In this document: positions 36,733-47,094 of the stretch, piece by piece
Layout of the letters: each line of letters begins with the position of its first letter
Position numbering within the stretch: position 1 is the first letter of the stretch
IMG/VR virus record: IMGVR_UViG_3300042340_000379
Location: 1 to 64,000 of that record
Strand: one strand, 5' to 3'
DNA: 64,000 nucleotides
The notes under the pieces: generated by a model
Database searches by the model: none
Seen by the model: the letters and a program-made list of their open reading frames with translations, nothing else
Told to the model about the DNA's origin: nothing
Made by a program: the position numbers and the translations under genes

Positions 36733-37236
36733 TTAAATAACGGGCTCCATAATGTAGCTTATTCCACGCTTATCGACTAGCTGGTTAGTTTGGAAGTTAA
36801 CTAGGAAAAGGGGCCCATCTTCGTCAGAGGATGGAACCCACGGCTGGTCAGGCGTAGCAGTGTTAACATTCTTCAGATAAGTCAAACGTTTTTTATACTG
36901 ATAAGTCTTTTGGTTTGAGCCTGTTCCAACCGTAAATCGGTAGTAAAGAATTTGGTCGTAACGAGTGCCAGAGGTTGTTTTAGTAGGAGCGGGATTAACC
37001 GTAAAGAAGATAGTTTCTGGCGACCGCCCAACAGAATCAGGGTCAAACCAATACGTTGCTACAGAAGCAAAGGTCATCCCAGGTCTAGCATCTACAGTAA
37101 GCTTGTGATGAGGGGCATCATCTTGGTAAGTACTATCCGTGATAATTCCGGCATAAGCATACCTGCCGTCAACACCTCGGACAGGACGGATGATTTTAGT
37201 TTCTAAAGAAGCAAGTGGATCTTCAAATCTTGGCAT
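36733..37236 (-). CDS. hypothetical virion-module protein
   Basis: Within the minus-strand structural operon. Confidence 0.65.
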   Translation of the reverse strand: MPRFEDPLASLETKIIRPVRGVDGRYAYAGIITDSTYQDDAPHHKLTVDARPGMTFASVATYWFDPDSVGRSPETIFFTVNPAPTKTTSGTRYDQILYYRFTVGTGSNQKTYQYKKRLTYLKNVNTATPDQPWVPSSDEDGPLFLVNFQTNQLVDKRGISYIMEPVI

Positions 37237-37238
37237 AT

Positions 37239-39260
37239 CTACCCGTTGAATCTAGGAAGGTCTTGAGCACCGTAAAAATTAACTACGGGTTTAATAGTTG
37301 GGAGGTTCCGCTCAGACCAAACAGGAACCTGCTCAACGTAGGTAGTTTGAATAGTGCTTGCTGCAAGCTTTTCATAACCACCAAACAAGTAACCTTTAGT
37401 CGCGCTAGCAGAGCCTGTCATAGCCCAACGATTGGTTAGAAGGTCGACAGAAATTAACTCAACAGCTTCAGTAGAAAACCGCATTCTACTAGCCAGGCCG
37501 CTAGCACTCTGGTTTAGAGTAGTGCCACCTCCCCAAAGATAAGCAAAAGAGGCATCACTAAACGAGGCAGCACCAATTCTGTGATTACTTAAAGTTGTCG
37601 AGCTATTAACTAGAGTAGGTAAAGCTCCCATAGTAAGCTTACGAATTGTGGCAAAAGTCTGAGAAGCATTTCGCCCGCCAAAGATAAAGCCAACAGATTT
37701 GCCTGCCCCTGACGAGTAGTGACTTTCTCCAGTAGCCAAATAAACAGTGTCTGAACCTGACAGGACTAGAGAAGAAATTGAGATGGTATCAAGAAGGAAT
37801 GTAATGTTCTCAATACTAGTGAGAAAAGTGTTAGTGTTTGCTGCCGTACCAAGAAGACCACCAACAAAATAACCCTCTTTATAATCGTGAACCGTCGCAG
37901 CTCCTCGAGGACGAACACCACCCAGAGTCGTAGCAGCTACAACCCAAGCCTGCTTACTAAAGTTAAACTTCTCAAGCTGCCAGCTCCATGCTTCTACAGC
38001 AGGATTGTCTGTACCGGGAACAGAACCCATGCCTGCAACATACATGTTGGAGGGGGATGCCATAGTAGCCGTGTTGTCTTTGCTCTTGTGCATCCCGTCG
38101 TATTTCTCACCGGAGATGGCATCAGCAGGAGCATTGTTACTGATAACTTTAGACGTCTCAGTTGTAAAATCGAGCCGTTCAAATGTTCGTTTAAATCCGT
38201 TAGCAGATTGGCCCCCAACAATATAAGCAGCCCCAGGAACTTCAACAGGCTTTTGAGTTTGCGTGATGTTAGCGGTATACCCAGCAGGAAGAGGGTAGTT
38301 ATAAACTTGACAGCTTTGATTTTGAAGCTCAGCAATGGAGCGGGAGTAGTCTAAATTAACCCGCCGTTGTTGATCTCCTAAAAAGTTAATGTAGCCTCGC
38401 ATCGAAGACTCAATGCGATTCCGCAGATCAGGTTGCCACTCAAGTGCTTGACCATTTGGCGTTACTTGAAGAACAGCCTGAGCGGTAGACTGGTTGGTTG
38501 TATTAATCCCAGTTAAACCAACAGAACCTGTACCTCCTCCCCCAGGAGGTGCAACGTCAACCCATTCAAGAGACATCGCGTTACTAGGGCCCTTAATAGC
38601 CAAAACGCGACCGACACTTGCACCAGTTGCGTTTATAGAACCAAGGGTCACCAGTTGATTAGAAACTGTCAAAGACAGAATTCCGTTGGCGATCGCAAAA
38701 TCGGGGCCAAGAGTTACAGGGCCACCAACTCCACCAGACGTACCAACCGGAAGCACCCGGTTAGCTAAAGTCATCTGTGGGGGAGTAACCGCTACTCCCG
38801 TGATAGAGCTATAACCCAAAGACGTAATCTTAAGTTCGTTACCTACCGTGGCGAACTCAGAGCCAAGAGCATAAGCAGCGCCTCGAGCCCCACTACCAAT
38901 AACAACCTGACGAGTAGTCAGAGACAGACTTAGGGGAGAAATAGCTCCTGTAATAGTAGAACCATCTACACCCCCGACGCGAAGGTTGCCATTTACAACA
39001 GAGAACTCAGCGCCCAGCCCAACAAAAGAGGAGCCAATTAGAACTGAGTTAGAAGGCCCGTTAAAAGAAAGTTTTCGTAGGTTAGGATCCCAAGCCAGAC
39101 CAGCCCCTGCCAAGTTATCATTCTCAGTCAGAGAGAGAGATGAGTTTAAGTTGACTTTATCAAAACAGACACGAATAGGATCACCCTGGCGATCGCCAGG
39201 CGTAACCCCTGTATTTATCTGTTTTAGACCGTTAGGTAGATCGGGGAGATTGATGGGCAT
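37239..39260 (-). CDS. tail fibre / baseplate protein with C-terminal Kelch-like beta-propeller
   Basis: N-terminal INTG..P.D..GDPIR..F.KVN.N; repeated Y.xGG...(E/R).xF..E.......L blades. Confidence 0.75.
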   Translation of the reverse strand: MPINLPDLPNGLKQINTGVTPGDRQGDPIRVCFDKVNLNSSLSLTENDNLAGAGLAWDPNLRKLSFNGPSNSVLIGSSFVGLGAEFSVVNGNLRVGGVDGSTITGAISPLSLSLTTRQVVIGSGARGAAYALGSEFATVGNELKITSLGYSSITGVAVTPPQMTLANRVLPVGTSGGVGGPVTLGPDFAIANGILSLTVSNQLVTLGSINATGASVGRVLAIKGPSNAMSLEWVDVAPPGGGGTGSVGLTGINTTNQSTAQAVLQVTPNGQALEWQPDLRNRIESSMRGYINFLGDQQRRVNLDYSRSIAELQNQSCQVYNYPLPAGYTANITQTQKPVEVPGAAYIVGGQSANGFKRTFERLDFTTETSKVISNNAPADAISGEKYDGMHKSKDNTATMASPSNMYVAGMGSVPGTDNPAVEAWSWQLEKFNFSKQAWVVAATTLGGVRPRGAATVHDYKEGYFVGGLLGTAANTNTFLTSIENITFLLDTISISSLVLSGSDTVYLATGESHYSSGAGKSVGFIFGGRNASQTFATIRKLTMGALPTLVNSSTTLSNHRIGAASFSDASFAYLWGGGTTLNQSASGLASRMRFSTEAVELISVDLLTNRWAMTGSASATKGYLFGGYEKLAASTIQTTYVEQVPVWSERNLPTIKPVVNFYGAQDLPRFNG

Positions 39261-39324
39261 ATAAAAATAAGCAGCTCTTGAATAGCTTTTATAAAGTTAG
39301 TTCGAAATTGTAGATGCCTGGTGG

Positions 39325-39807
39325 TCAATCCCATCTGCCAGGCCGCAAGACTTTTCCAGATGGGTCACCTTCACCTAGAATTTCAGGCAAGATAACCCCC
39401 TCTGTAATTTCAGTAGCGTCGTGGGTATGGTATTGACCAAGCTGCTGGTTAACTGGCATATCCAGAATACTTTTGGGAACTTCAATTTCACTGCGCAGCC
39501 TATTAACTTGTTGAGCAAGCGTAGTGATATCAAATAGATTAAGCTCTAACCTTTGCCGCTCCGCGTCTAGACTGACTAGTGAGACTTTGCCTTCAATAGC
39601 ATCTAGCTGGCTTTTCATCTTGTCTAAAGTAGACTCTAGAAAACCTGCAGCTTGACTTTTTGGGCCCATAGCCCCAAGTCTAGACCTCAAATTTGGAGTA
39701 GTCCATAGACGGCCTGTCCATTTAAGTGGAGGAACAGCTGATAAAGAAGGGGCCCAAGTCGTCATAGCATCAGCTAGCTGGCGGACTTTTAGAGCAAGCT
39801 CAGTCAT
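39325..39807 (-). CDS. hypothetical virion protein
   Basis: HTH.A.EI..G fibre-type motif. Confidence 0.6.
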   Translation of the reverse strand: MTELALKVRQLADAMTTWAPSLSAVPPLKWTGRLWTTPNLRSRLGAMGPKSQAAGFLESTLDKMKSQLDAIEGKVSLVSLDAERQRLELNLFDITTLAQQVNRLRSEIEVPKSILDMPVNQQLGQYHTHDATEITEGVILPEILGEGDPSGKVLRPGRWD

Positions 39808-40714
39808 TAGTCCAGTATCCGCCTCTTAAAACAGAATCAGAGTTAAACTGCCCAAAGCCAATGCGGGCTGGGTTTAGAACCCCAACAACAACATCTTGAG
39901 CGTTGTGGTTATGCTGCTTATATATAAGGAGAAGATTCTGGTAGGCAAGAAGAAGCGCTTCATAGTCTTGCTTAAGATGTCCGTAATTCAAACCGAGAGC
40001 TTGAACTTGAAAGTCAAACTCAGCTAGCCGTTTAAGCAAACCATCTATAGATTCAGCTGGTTGAGCCGAGTAAGCTGCATTGGGATTAATAATTCGTCTA
40101 ATCTGGCTTGCTAGCTGGTTAAGCGCATTTCCTATGTCCAGTCTTGGATTTGTATCTATAGGAACCTGATCCCTAAGATAAATTTGCCGCTCGGCAGTGT
40201 AAAACCCATCCCCGTCTTCATACACTGCAAAACCACTGTCTAAACTAAACTGGGTGCCATTCCACTTCAAGCCATAGCCAGCAAGGTCTGCCGCTTTCGA
40301 GAGTGCGATCGATATGTTGTGATTAATTGTGGCAACAAGCTCAGAGACTGATAGTTCATCAAGCTTTTCTTTATCGATAAACCGGAAAGCGCCAGGTGCC
40401 TCCAGCGTTTTTACTAGAACTACACCTAGCAAACTAGGGTTGTTTAAACTTTGGTAGAATAGTTGTGCCGGTGCGTCCTGCGCCACCTCCCAGCTAACCA
40501 CGCCAGTCTCCACGCTTCTAGGTCCCGGCAGAAAGCCCAAGTAAGTGTTACTGTGGGCCAGCCCTGGAGCAGTCTTGAAAATAACCGGGTGACCAATAGT
40601 GTCAATCTCTATCTTGACGCGATCGCCACGGTAGACTACCAACGGCGGGTTGTTCGGGATTCCATCAATGGAATATTTTACTTGCCCGTCAAATAGTTGG
40701 AGAGAGATCTTCAT
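39800..40714 (-). CDS. hypothetical virion protein
   Basis: NPPL.VYRG.....GHP and AP..LFYQ cyanophage structural motif; HNHNA.DV..G.L..ARIG. Confidence 0.65.
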   Translation of the reverse strand: MKISLQLFDGQVKYSIDGIPNNPPLVVYRGDRVKIEIDTIGHPVIFKTAPGLAHSNTYLGFLPGPRSVETGVVSWEVAQDAPAQLFYQSLNNPSLLGVVLVKTLEAPGAFRFIDKEKLDELSVSELVATINHNISIALSKAADLAGYGLKWNGTQFSLDSGFAVYEDGDGFYTAERQIYLRDQVPIDTNPRLDIGNALNQLASQIRRIINPNAAYSAQPAESIDGLLKRLAEFDFQVQALGLNYGHLKQDYEALLLAYQNLLLIYKQHNHNAQDVVVGVLNPARIGFGQFNSDSVLRGGYWTND

Positions 40715-40755
40715 CCGTCCACGCTATCAAAATTACATATAGGAAAGTATTCAAT

Positions 40756-40977
40756 TTCACCAACCCCGCCCTAAAGGGAGCGGAGATTGACCGAACCAAT
40801 TCGGTTGACGCAAGAGGTGAATAGCTCATTGAGCCGAACAATCTTACAAACCTCCAGATCCTTCCCTAGTCTGGAATTCCTTTAAGCCTGATTGGTTCAG
40901 GCGTTGCTTAATGGCAAGACATGGTTTGTTTCGGTGAGCGAAGGGACTTAAACAAAGCAATTTGGGTTATACCAATC
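40756..40977 (+). ncRNA. omega-RNA (HEARO-like) scaffold
   Basis: Leader upstream of a PLMP-domain gene, with CTTCCCTAGT and GCGAAGGGAC motifs. Confidence 0.7.
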
Positions 40978-42072
40978 ATGCGAATTCCTGTTGTAGACAA
41001 AGACCACAAGCCACTCATGCCCACGACCTCGGCCCGTGCCAGGAAGTGGATTGAATCAGGCAAGGCTGTTAAGTGCTGGTCTGATTGTGGGCAGTTCTAT
41101 GTTCAACTCACGATTGAGCCTTCAGGTCGAGACACTCAAGAAATTGTTGTTGGGGTTGATCCCGGCAAGCTCTACTCTGGCATCGGAGTGCAGTCAGCTA
41201 AGTTCACCCTCTATACCGCTCATCTGGTGCTGCCTTTCCAGAAGGTGCGTGACCGGATGGACAGCCGCAGAATGATGCGACGGGCTCGACGAGGCAGAAG
41301 GATAGACCGAAAGGTTGCCTTCTCCAAACGTGCCCACAGGCAAGCTAGGTTTAGCAATCGTCGCAGCGGCAAACTGGCTCCCTCAATCAGGGCCAATCGC
41401 CAGCTAGAGCTACGGATCGTTTCTGAACTCTGCAAAATCTACCCTGTTACTCAGATTCGCTTCGAGTATGTCAGGGCCGATGTTGACCTAACCAGTGGAC
41501 GCAAGGGTGCCCGTTCTGGCAAGGGCTTCTCTGCCGTGATGGTGGGCCAAAAGTGGGCTATTCAACAGCTAGAGCAATTCGCTCCGGTTGAGGCAATCTT
41601 CGGATACCAGACTTCTGCCACTCGGAAGTACCTGGGACTGGAGAAGAACAAGGCCGACAAATCAAAGACCGAGTACGAGAGTCACGCTGTAGACGGAGTA
41701 GCCCTTGCTGCCTCCTACTTTATTGAGTACCGAAAATATCACAGGGTTGGCAAGGACGGCGGCGATTGGTTTGGCAGTGTTAGTATTACAAAAGCACCTT
41801 TCTTCGTGATGCGTCGTCCGCCCTACAGCCGCCGTCAACTTCACCTAATGGTTCCGGCCAAAGGTGGCGTTCGCCGGAAATATGGCGGCTCGACCACTCG
41901 CCACAACGTTCGCAAAGGCGATCTGGTCAATTCTCCCAAGGGAATCGGCTACGTCTCTGGCGACACGGAAAAACAGGTATCGGTCAGCAAAGCAAGCTGG
42001 AAACGGCTTGGGCAGATATCTGCAAGCAAGGTTCAACTAATCCGTCGTTCAAACGGCTTAGTTGTTGCCTAA
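40978..42072 (+). CDS. isrB: IsrB RNA-guided nickase (RRXRR/PLMP + split RuvC, no HNH)
   Basis: PLMPT, GVDPG, Arg-rich bridge helix, FEYV, HAVDG; 364 aa; no HNH or CxxC. Confidence 0.85.
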   Translation: MRIPVVDKDHKPLMPTTSARARKWIESGKAVKCWSDCGQFYVQLTIEPSGRDTQEIVVGVDPGKLYSGIGVQSAKFTLYTAHLVLPFQKVRDRMDSRRMMRRARRGRRIDRKVAFSKRAHRQARFSNRRSGKLAPSIRANRQLELRIVSELCKIYPVTQIRFEYVRADVDLTSGRKGARSGKGFSAVMVGQKWAIQQLEQFAPVEAIFGYQTSATRKYLGLEKNKADKSKTEYESHAVDGVALAASYFIEYRKYHRVGKDGGDWFGSVSITKAPFFVMRRPPYSRRQLHLMVPAKGGVRRKYGGSTTRHNVRKGDLVNSPKGIGYVSGDTEKQVSVSKASWKRLGQISASKVQLIRRSNGLVVA

Positions 42073-42127
42073 ATGTAAAGCCGTCCTCCGCTTTGCTAAA
42101 GGACGGGGTTTCCACCCACATTTTCTG

Positions 42128-42478
42128 ATGACCGACACTCTTTTTAAGTTAGGCCGGACTGTTATCACACAAGGCGCAGCAGCTGAGATTGAAAGGCTAA
42201 ACCTTCAGGCAGCGTATTTCTTCTACAGCCACTCAACAGGTAACTTTGGCACGGCAGGAGACTACCACAAAATTCTTCCAACTGTGACTGAACAGGAATT
42301 TGCAGAGGGGGCTCTTGCCACAAGTGATGACGGAAAGTTGAACGTCATCGCGATTAAAAATAACTCAGGTCGAGTGATGTCCTACTACGAAACTAATGGC
42401 ACTGTAATTTGGGTGTCAACTGATGGCCTTGGCACAGATGAGCAATATACAACTATCCTTCTTCCAAGTGAGTATTAA
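42128..42478 (+). CDS. conserved hypothetical protein (plasmid/phage family)
   Basis: F.LG..V.T.G, R.MS.Y, IW..T, TTILLPSEY. Confidence 0.75.
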   Translation: MTDTLFKLGRTVITQGAAAEIERLNLQAAYFFYSHSTGNFGTAGDYHKILPTVTEQEFAEGALATSDDGKLNVIAIKNNSGRVMSYYETNGTVIWVSTDGLGTDEQYTTILLPSEY

Positions 42479-42740
42479 GACGACAAGAAGACGCTATGGG
42501 TGCATTCACCTGACGGTTCAACTGTAGGCCGGTTCAGCGTCAGTTTTGGGATGGACATTCATCACACCCGCGAGAAAGGCCTGGACTTCTACGAAGAGCT
42601 AACGATCGCAGAGTACAATTACAAAGGAGAGAAGGAGAGAAGGAAAAGTCATGAGCAAGGAACTGAGCCGAAGACTGTACGACATGGATGCGACGGTCGA
42701 AAAACAACAACGAAGAGCACCATTTACCAAGTAAGTACTA

Positions 42741-43184
42741 ATGGCTACAATTGAAGAAAGACTTAAAGATCAACAAGAATATTTTCAGGCACTCTACTCA
42801 GCCGACACCCGAATGAGCAGGTTCAAAGAACTGGCCGAGCTTTTAGAAACCATGCGCGAAGTTATTGAAACAACCTGCCCCTATAAAGTAGGAGACACCG
42901 TCTACCTAAATCAGGCAGGCTTAGCAACAGAAGGTTGGGCATGTGCGGCTCATACTCTGGTAGTTGGACGGAAAGCAATTGTGCAGTCGCGTAACTTCCA
43001 CAACGGTAATTTTACTCTGGGGCTGTCATTTGAGAATGAAACGTGGATTGACACGGAAGGTAATGAGCAACCTCTAGATAGACCTTACGTTTATTCAATT
43101 CCGGCTAAATACATTTCGGCTTACAACCCTCAAAAAAGTGTCAACGAAGACAGTGATTTAATCACCAGGGAGTTTAACCTCTAA
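42741..43184 (+). CDS. hypothetical protein
   Basis: 147-aa ORF, coupled. Confidence 0.7.
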   Translation: MATIEERLKDQQEYFQALYSADTRMSRFKELAELLETMREVIETTCPYKVGDTVYLNQAGLATEGWACAAHTLVVGRKAIVQSRNFHNGNFTLGLSFENETWIDTEGNEQPLDRPYVYSIPAKYISAYNPQKSVNEDSDLITREFNL

Positions 43185-43681
43185 TGGCAGCAGCCGCAAT
43201 TTTAGACAACTGGTTTTTCAAAGACCCTCTAGAGTTGTCTTTTATGCAAGACATTCTAGACAAAGAAATGGAGTCATCTATTCATCCTGGGCAAGTTAAT
43301 CAAACAGACCTTTACCAATATGTCAACAAACCTAAGCTAATCATAGATAGGTTTAACACTGACTATAAACACAGTTACGTTATCTCATGTCAGGGGGTTA
43401 AGTTTCACACTGACTATACAGGCATCTGTGTGCTATGGGTTTTAAGAAACGACAACTACCAAGTCGAAGACAAAAAGCAAGTTCCAGAACATCAATCACC
43501 AGGCTCAGTTTTCATTCTAGACATTGATGAAATGCACCGATGCAAATCAATAGATGGAAAAACCAAAAACCGATACTGGACAGCGATCTCGATTGACTAC
43601 GAATTGGGACTCGAAAAAGTAACGCGACAGACCGCAATAGATAATCTAGAAAAACTTATAGAAATACTGGCGGTAGCATGA
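43184..43681 (+). CDS. hypothetical protein, possible cupin / 2OG-Fe(II) fold
   Basis: FHTD...H pattern only. Confidence 0.45.
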   Translation: MAAAAILDNWFFKDPLELSFMQDILDKEMESSIHPGQVNQTDLYQYVNKPKLIIDRFNTDYKHSYVISCQGVKFHTDYTGICVLWVLRNDNYQVEDKKQVPEHQSPGSVFILDIDEMHRCKSIDGKTKNRYWTAISIDYELGLEKVTRQTAIDNLEKLIEILAVA

Positions 43682-44274
43682 TTCAGACTGTTTCAACAAA
43701 ACTTATTCATACAACACGATCTAACCTAAAGTCCTGGGCTGAAAAACTAGCCGCAGAACAAACCAAAAATTACTCAGGTACCTTTATCAAAACCGACCTC
43801 CATAAATCATATAGTGGATTCATCTCTTATGTGGATGCCGGGGCCGAAGTGTGGTTTAAGCTAACTCATAGTCAATGCATGCAGAAATCTCAATCGCCCT
43901 ATCTGCAGCAAAAAGCTCAAATAGCTCTGGAGAACTGGAAAGACCTTAGTCGATCAGAACTTGCTGAAGCTAAAAAGGAAACTTTTGTCATTCTTAAGCT
44001 TAGTGCCTGGGTTGACACTGACCATGATTTGCTGGAGTTCCGTGGCTACTACTGTTTTGATGAGTATGGTCGCGACAGTATTTTATGGTTAAAGTATATG
44101 GGTGGAAATCCAAACCAAACAAGCCTAACTACAAACGATTTCTACTCTAGCATTTCCCTAAGTGAATATAATGAAGAGGGACCAATTATGGACGGCTATA
44201 TTCAAAAAAGGTCAGTAGAAAGTTGGCTTGAGTTAGAAACCATCAAAGCATTCCGCCACCTAAAAAGGATGTAA
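43678..44274 (+). CDS. hypothetical protein
   Basis: ATGA-coupled. Confidence 0.7.
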   Translation: MIQTVSTKLIHTTRSNLKSWAEKLAAEQTKNYSGTFIKTDLHKSYSGFISYVDAGAEVWFKLTHSQCMQKSQSPYLQQKAQIALENWKDLSRSELAEAKKETFVILKLSAWVDTDHDLLEFRGYYCFDEYGRDSILWLKYMGGNPNQTSLTTNDFYSSISLSEYNEEGPIMDGYIQKRSVESWLELETIKAFRHLKRM

Positions 44275-44279
44275 AATCA

Positions 44280-45020
44280 ATGCCAATTGATCGCTCCCAC
44301 GTTGACCCTACAGACAATCTGCTTCGCCTGCTCGACTTGCTAGACACGGGCGAAACTCCCGTCATCGAGTTTGTCCATAAAGACATTCTAGAATTAGATA
44401 GTTATTCAGTAAAAGATAAATGCAGGGTTTTATCATATACTCAAGATAATTTATTTGATGAGGAGATTGTTTATGAACTCGTTACAGATTTCTCAGAGTT
44501 TGAGGAAGAGAACAAAAACAACTCTAAAGCAAACTGGTACAACAAAGAAGGAGTGCCATGTCTAAAATGGCATGAAAGCAACTTCTACCCCCAAAACAAA
44601 CAAGTGAAGCTCTATTTGCAACTGCCCTCAGCAAATGCTCCTAAAGAACGTCATGCTGAATTAAGCACTGGGTATTACTTTCAGATTCTCAATTATGCGC
44701 CCTGGCTTATTCAACCAGAAGAAGTTAGAATCCTCTGCGTCTCTACTGCTCATGTAACCCAGCTAGATATGGAGAACCTAGCCAAGCTCGCAGAATACTC
44801 TGAGGATCTGATTGTAGTTAACCCCCAACCTAAAGAAGACCACTGGGTTTCTATAGAAACTGGAGGCAGTTTTGGGGAAAACTTTAAAGACAAAAAGCCA
44901 GAAACTTTATCTCAGGAGCTTTGGGATATCCTCATCACGGCGAATGAAGCGGGCTACCATAGAGTAGAGCTAGATGCTGCCGCTAAAATCTACGACAAAT
45001 TGCCCACATTTGATTGGTAA
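44280..45020 (+). CDS. hypothetical protein (C-terminal LCVSTAH...LD....LPTFDW family)
   Basis: Motif STAHVT and terminal LP.FDW. Confidence 0.65.
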   Translation: MPIDRSHVDPTDNLLRLLDLLDTGETPVIEFVHKDILELDSYSVKDKCRVLSYTQDNLFDEEIVYELVTDFSEFEEENKNNSKANWYNKEGVPCLKWHESNFYPQNKQVKLYLQLPSANAPKERHAELSTGYYFQILNYAPWLIQPEEVRILCVSTAHVTQLDMENLAKLAEYSEDLIVVNPQPKEDHWVSIETGGSFGENFKDKKPETLSQELWDILITANEAGYHRVELDAAAKIYDKLPTFDW

Positions 45021-45066
45021 ATTATAGGGAGCGATTTAGGTGATGATGCTATAGAAGAGGTTCTAG

Positions 45067-45363
45067 GTGAATAAACCCCAAGTTGTAAGATCAACAAGCG
45101 CTACTAATAAAAATGGGCTCCTGATGGTTGACTCAAACGAGCCGCTTGTGTTTATTAATGTAGACCAAGCTCTGCTCTACCTCAGGAAAAATCCAGGGGT
45201 AAAGAATGCTCTTGTTTGCCCTGTGAGCGATTTTTATGAAGAGGAGATTAAACCAAACATAGCCGTTGGTGAAAATGGGGAGGTGCAAACTCAAAATGTT
45301 CTAGACTATTTGAAGTCAACAAAAGTACAGTTAGCAGACGACATTCTGGCGCTTGTTAGTTAA
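45067..45363 (+). CDS. hypothetical protein
   Basis: GAGG RBS, 98 aa. Confidence 0.6.
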   Translation: MNKPQVVRSTSATNKNGLLMVDSNEPLVFINVDQALLYLRKNPGVKNALVCPVSDFYEEEIKPNIAVGENGEVQTQNVLDYLKSTKVQLADDILALVS

Positions 45364-45401
45364 TTTCGCGGAATTTCCCTCTGTCTATGCGGTGGAGTAG
45401 T

Positions 45402-46538
45402 TCAAGGAGAAATAAACGACACAGAATCGAAACCATGCTCCGTAATTAGAGCGAGCGCTTGGGTGGGGGGCTCGGGAGCATACCCACAAGTCAAGCTATA
45501 CAAATTTGGCCCGCAAGTACAGCCGTTAATAATGTAGCGGGACGATGCAACGGCCTGGTGAAAATGCCCCATAAACGTGACATCGGCAGTTAAGCCAATC
45601 TTGTCAATACGATCAAGATACTTAACGACAGAGTTATGAACGTTGGCTCCACCCTTTACATCGTCTCCGTGCATAAATCTTAGCTTACGTCCGTAGACCT
45701 CAGCAAACTGCATGCGCTCAGTTGAGATATGAAACTTAGCGTTCAGGTCTAGGTCTTTAGACCGTTCGGCTAGGTTACAAAACATAAACTGCTCATAAGA
45801 GTAGCCCTCGTTTTGATTCTCCCGCTTCTTTTGAGTTGCTCGGCCATGATTGCCAGGCACACAGATGACATCAATCTCAGAAAAGTGGGGGTTAAAAAAG
45901 CTGAGGATAGAAAGCAGCAAGCGGGAAACCGCCGCCGTCTCCTCTAATACGGTCATTGCGTTGCCGTGAACCTCAACATAAGGCTCGTGAATATCACCGT
46001 GGATATGGTCACCAATAAAAGCGAGAATCAGCCGGTCGATATTTTGTACAGTACGAAATTTGAGGGTCTTTTCTAGAGCCTTCTGGGCAATAGACAAAAT
46101 ACGCTTCTCAGAAATCTCGGGATTATGTTCATTCAAACCATACGTCATGTCCTTCTTGATGACTTCAGCGTAGTGATTGTCAGAAAAAACCATCACCGCA
46201 GTGGCATCAGAATGACCAGGCTTTTTCTCAATCTTAATTGGAGTGTTGCTATCGCTGAGAATTTGAAGCGCATCTCGACGGCGATTTTCTTCTGAAATGA
46301 GATACTTGAGAAGCTTTCGTTCATTAAGTCGGGTCTGACCAACTCTTTGCAACATTAGGTAGCTGTCAACTTCTTCGGCATTATCAGGGCTTGGAATATA
46401 CCAGCCACCCATCTCGCCTAGAATAGCTCCAAGTTCACCTAAAGAATCAAGAATGGTAGTGGTTGAGAGCCCCGTCTTTTCCTTTAATTCTCGTAAGGTT
46501 AAACTGCCATCAAGCAGAGGTCTCAAGTTATATTGCAT
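45402..46538 (-). CDS. calcineurin-like metallophosphoesterase with N-terminal HTH
   Basis: SDNH, GDHIHG, GNHG, HGD, GHFH. Confidence 0.85.
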   Translation of the reverse strand: MQYNLRPLLDGSLTLRELKEKTGLSTTTILDSLGELGAILGEMGGWYIPSPDNAEEVDSYLMLQRVGQTRLNERKLLKYLISEENRRRDALQILSDSNTPIKIEKKPGHSDATAVMVFSDNHYAEVIKKDMTYGLNEHNPEISEKRILSIAQKALEKTLKFRTVQNIDRLILAFIGDHIHGDIHEPYVEVHGNAMTVLEETAAVSRLLLSILSFFNPHFSEIDVICVPGNHGRATQKKRENQNEGYSYEQFMFCNLAERSKDLDLNAKFHISTERMQFAEVYGRKLRFMHGDDVKGGANVHNSVVKYLDRIDKIGLTADVTFMGHFHQAVASSRYIINGCTCGPNLYSLTCGYAPEPPTQALALITEHGFDSVSFISP

Positions 46539-46686
46539 TAAGCACTTATAAGCTACGATACTATTTTAAGACCCTCCCTCTGCTGTATCTGTTCATTCTC
46601 AAACACGAAAGGACTGAGATTTCTCCCAGTCCTTCGCGACTTCACTACGTGAAATTCGTAGGCTCAGCCTTTCTAAATTTTAACTT

Positions 46687-47094
46687 ATGCTCAAACTATT
46701 TGAACTTAAAAACGGAAAATTAAAAACTCTTTTCCATGCCATCCACCCCGCCGTCACAAGCCAGCAGCAAGCCCCGGCATCTCGAGTTGTGCCCATTGGT
46801 GAATGGGTGGAGGCTACGCAAAAGCCAGTGCGCGACGGGTCGGGCTCTCCTAAGTACCTGTCAGGATTTCATGTTTTCTGCTGCGACTTAGAGTCTATTG
46901 CCAAATACTGCAATCGCTTTCGCAAAGAACGAGAGCTGGTTTTGGTCGATGTGTGCGTAGGTGGAGTCAGACTTAAGCCCACTAACAGCCAGGTGCTCTT
47001 AGCTGCTACAATGTTTGTACCGCAAGGGTTTCAGCCTATCAAACTTTCAACTCTTAGGTCTCTAACATGCACGACAACCCTAAAGAAACTATAA
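46687..47094 (+). CDS. hypothetical protein
   Basis: Y.SGFH phage motif. Confidence 0.6.
   Translation: MLKLFELKNGKLKTLFHAIHPAVTSQQQAPASRVVPIGEWVEATQKPVRDGSGSPKYLSGFHVFCCDLESIAKYCNRFRKERELVLVDVCVGGVRLKPTNSQVLLAATMFVPQGFQPIKLSTLRSLTCTTTLKKL

Larger units (their letters stand above)
40756..42127 (+). mobile_element. IS200/IS605-superfamily IsrB element (omega-RNA + isrB)
   Basis: Left-end hairpin CCCCGCCCTAAAGGGAGCGGAG, about 220-nt structured leader, isrB ORF, right-end hairpin CCGTCCT...AGGACGG. Confidence 0.85.

Noticed and set aside
40978-42072. IscB or Cas9, and IsrB as partner of the two omega-RNA-only cassettes
   Set aside because: No HNH domain, so it is IsrB; IsrB uses its own upstream 5'-guide RNA, whereas the cassettes are of the TnpB 3'-guide type
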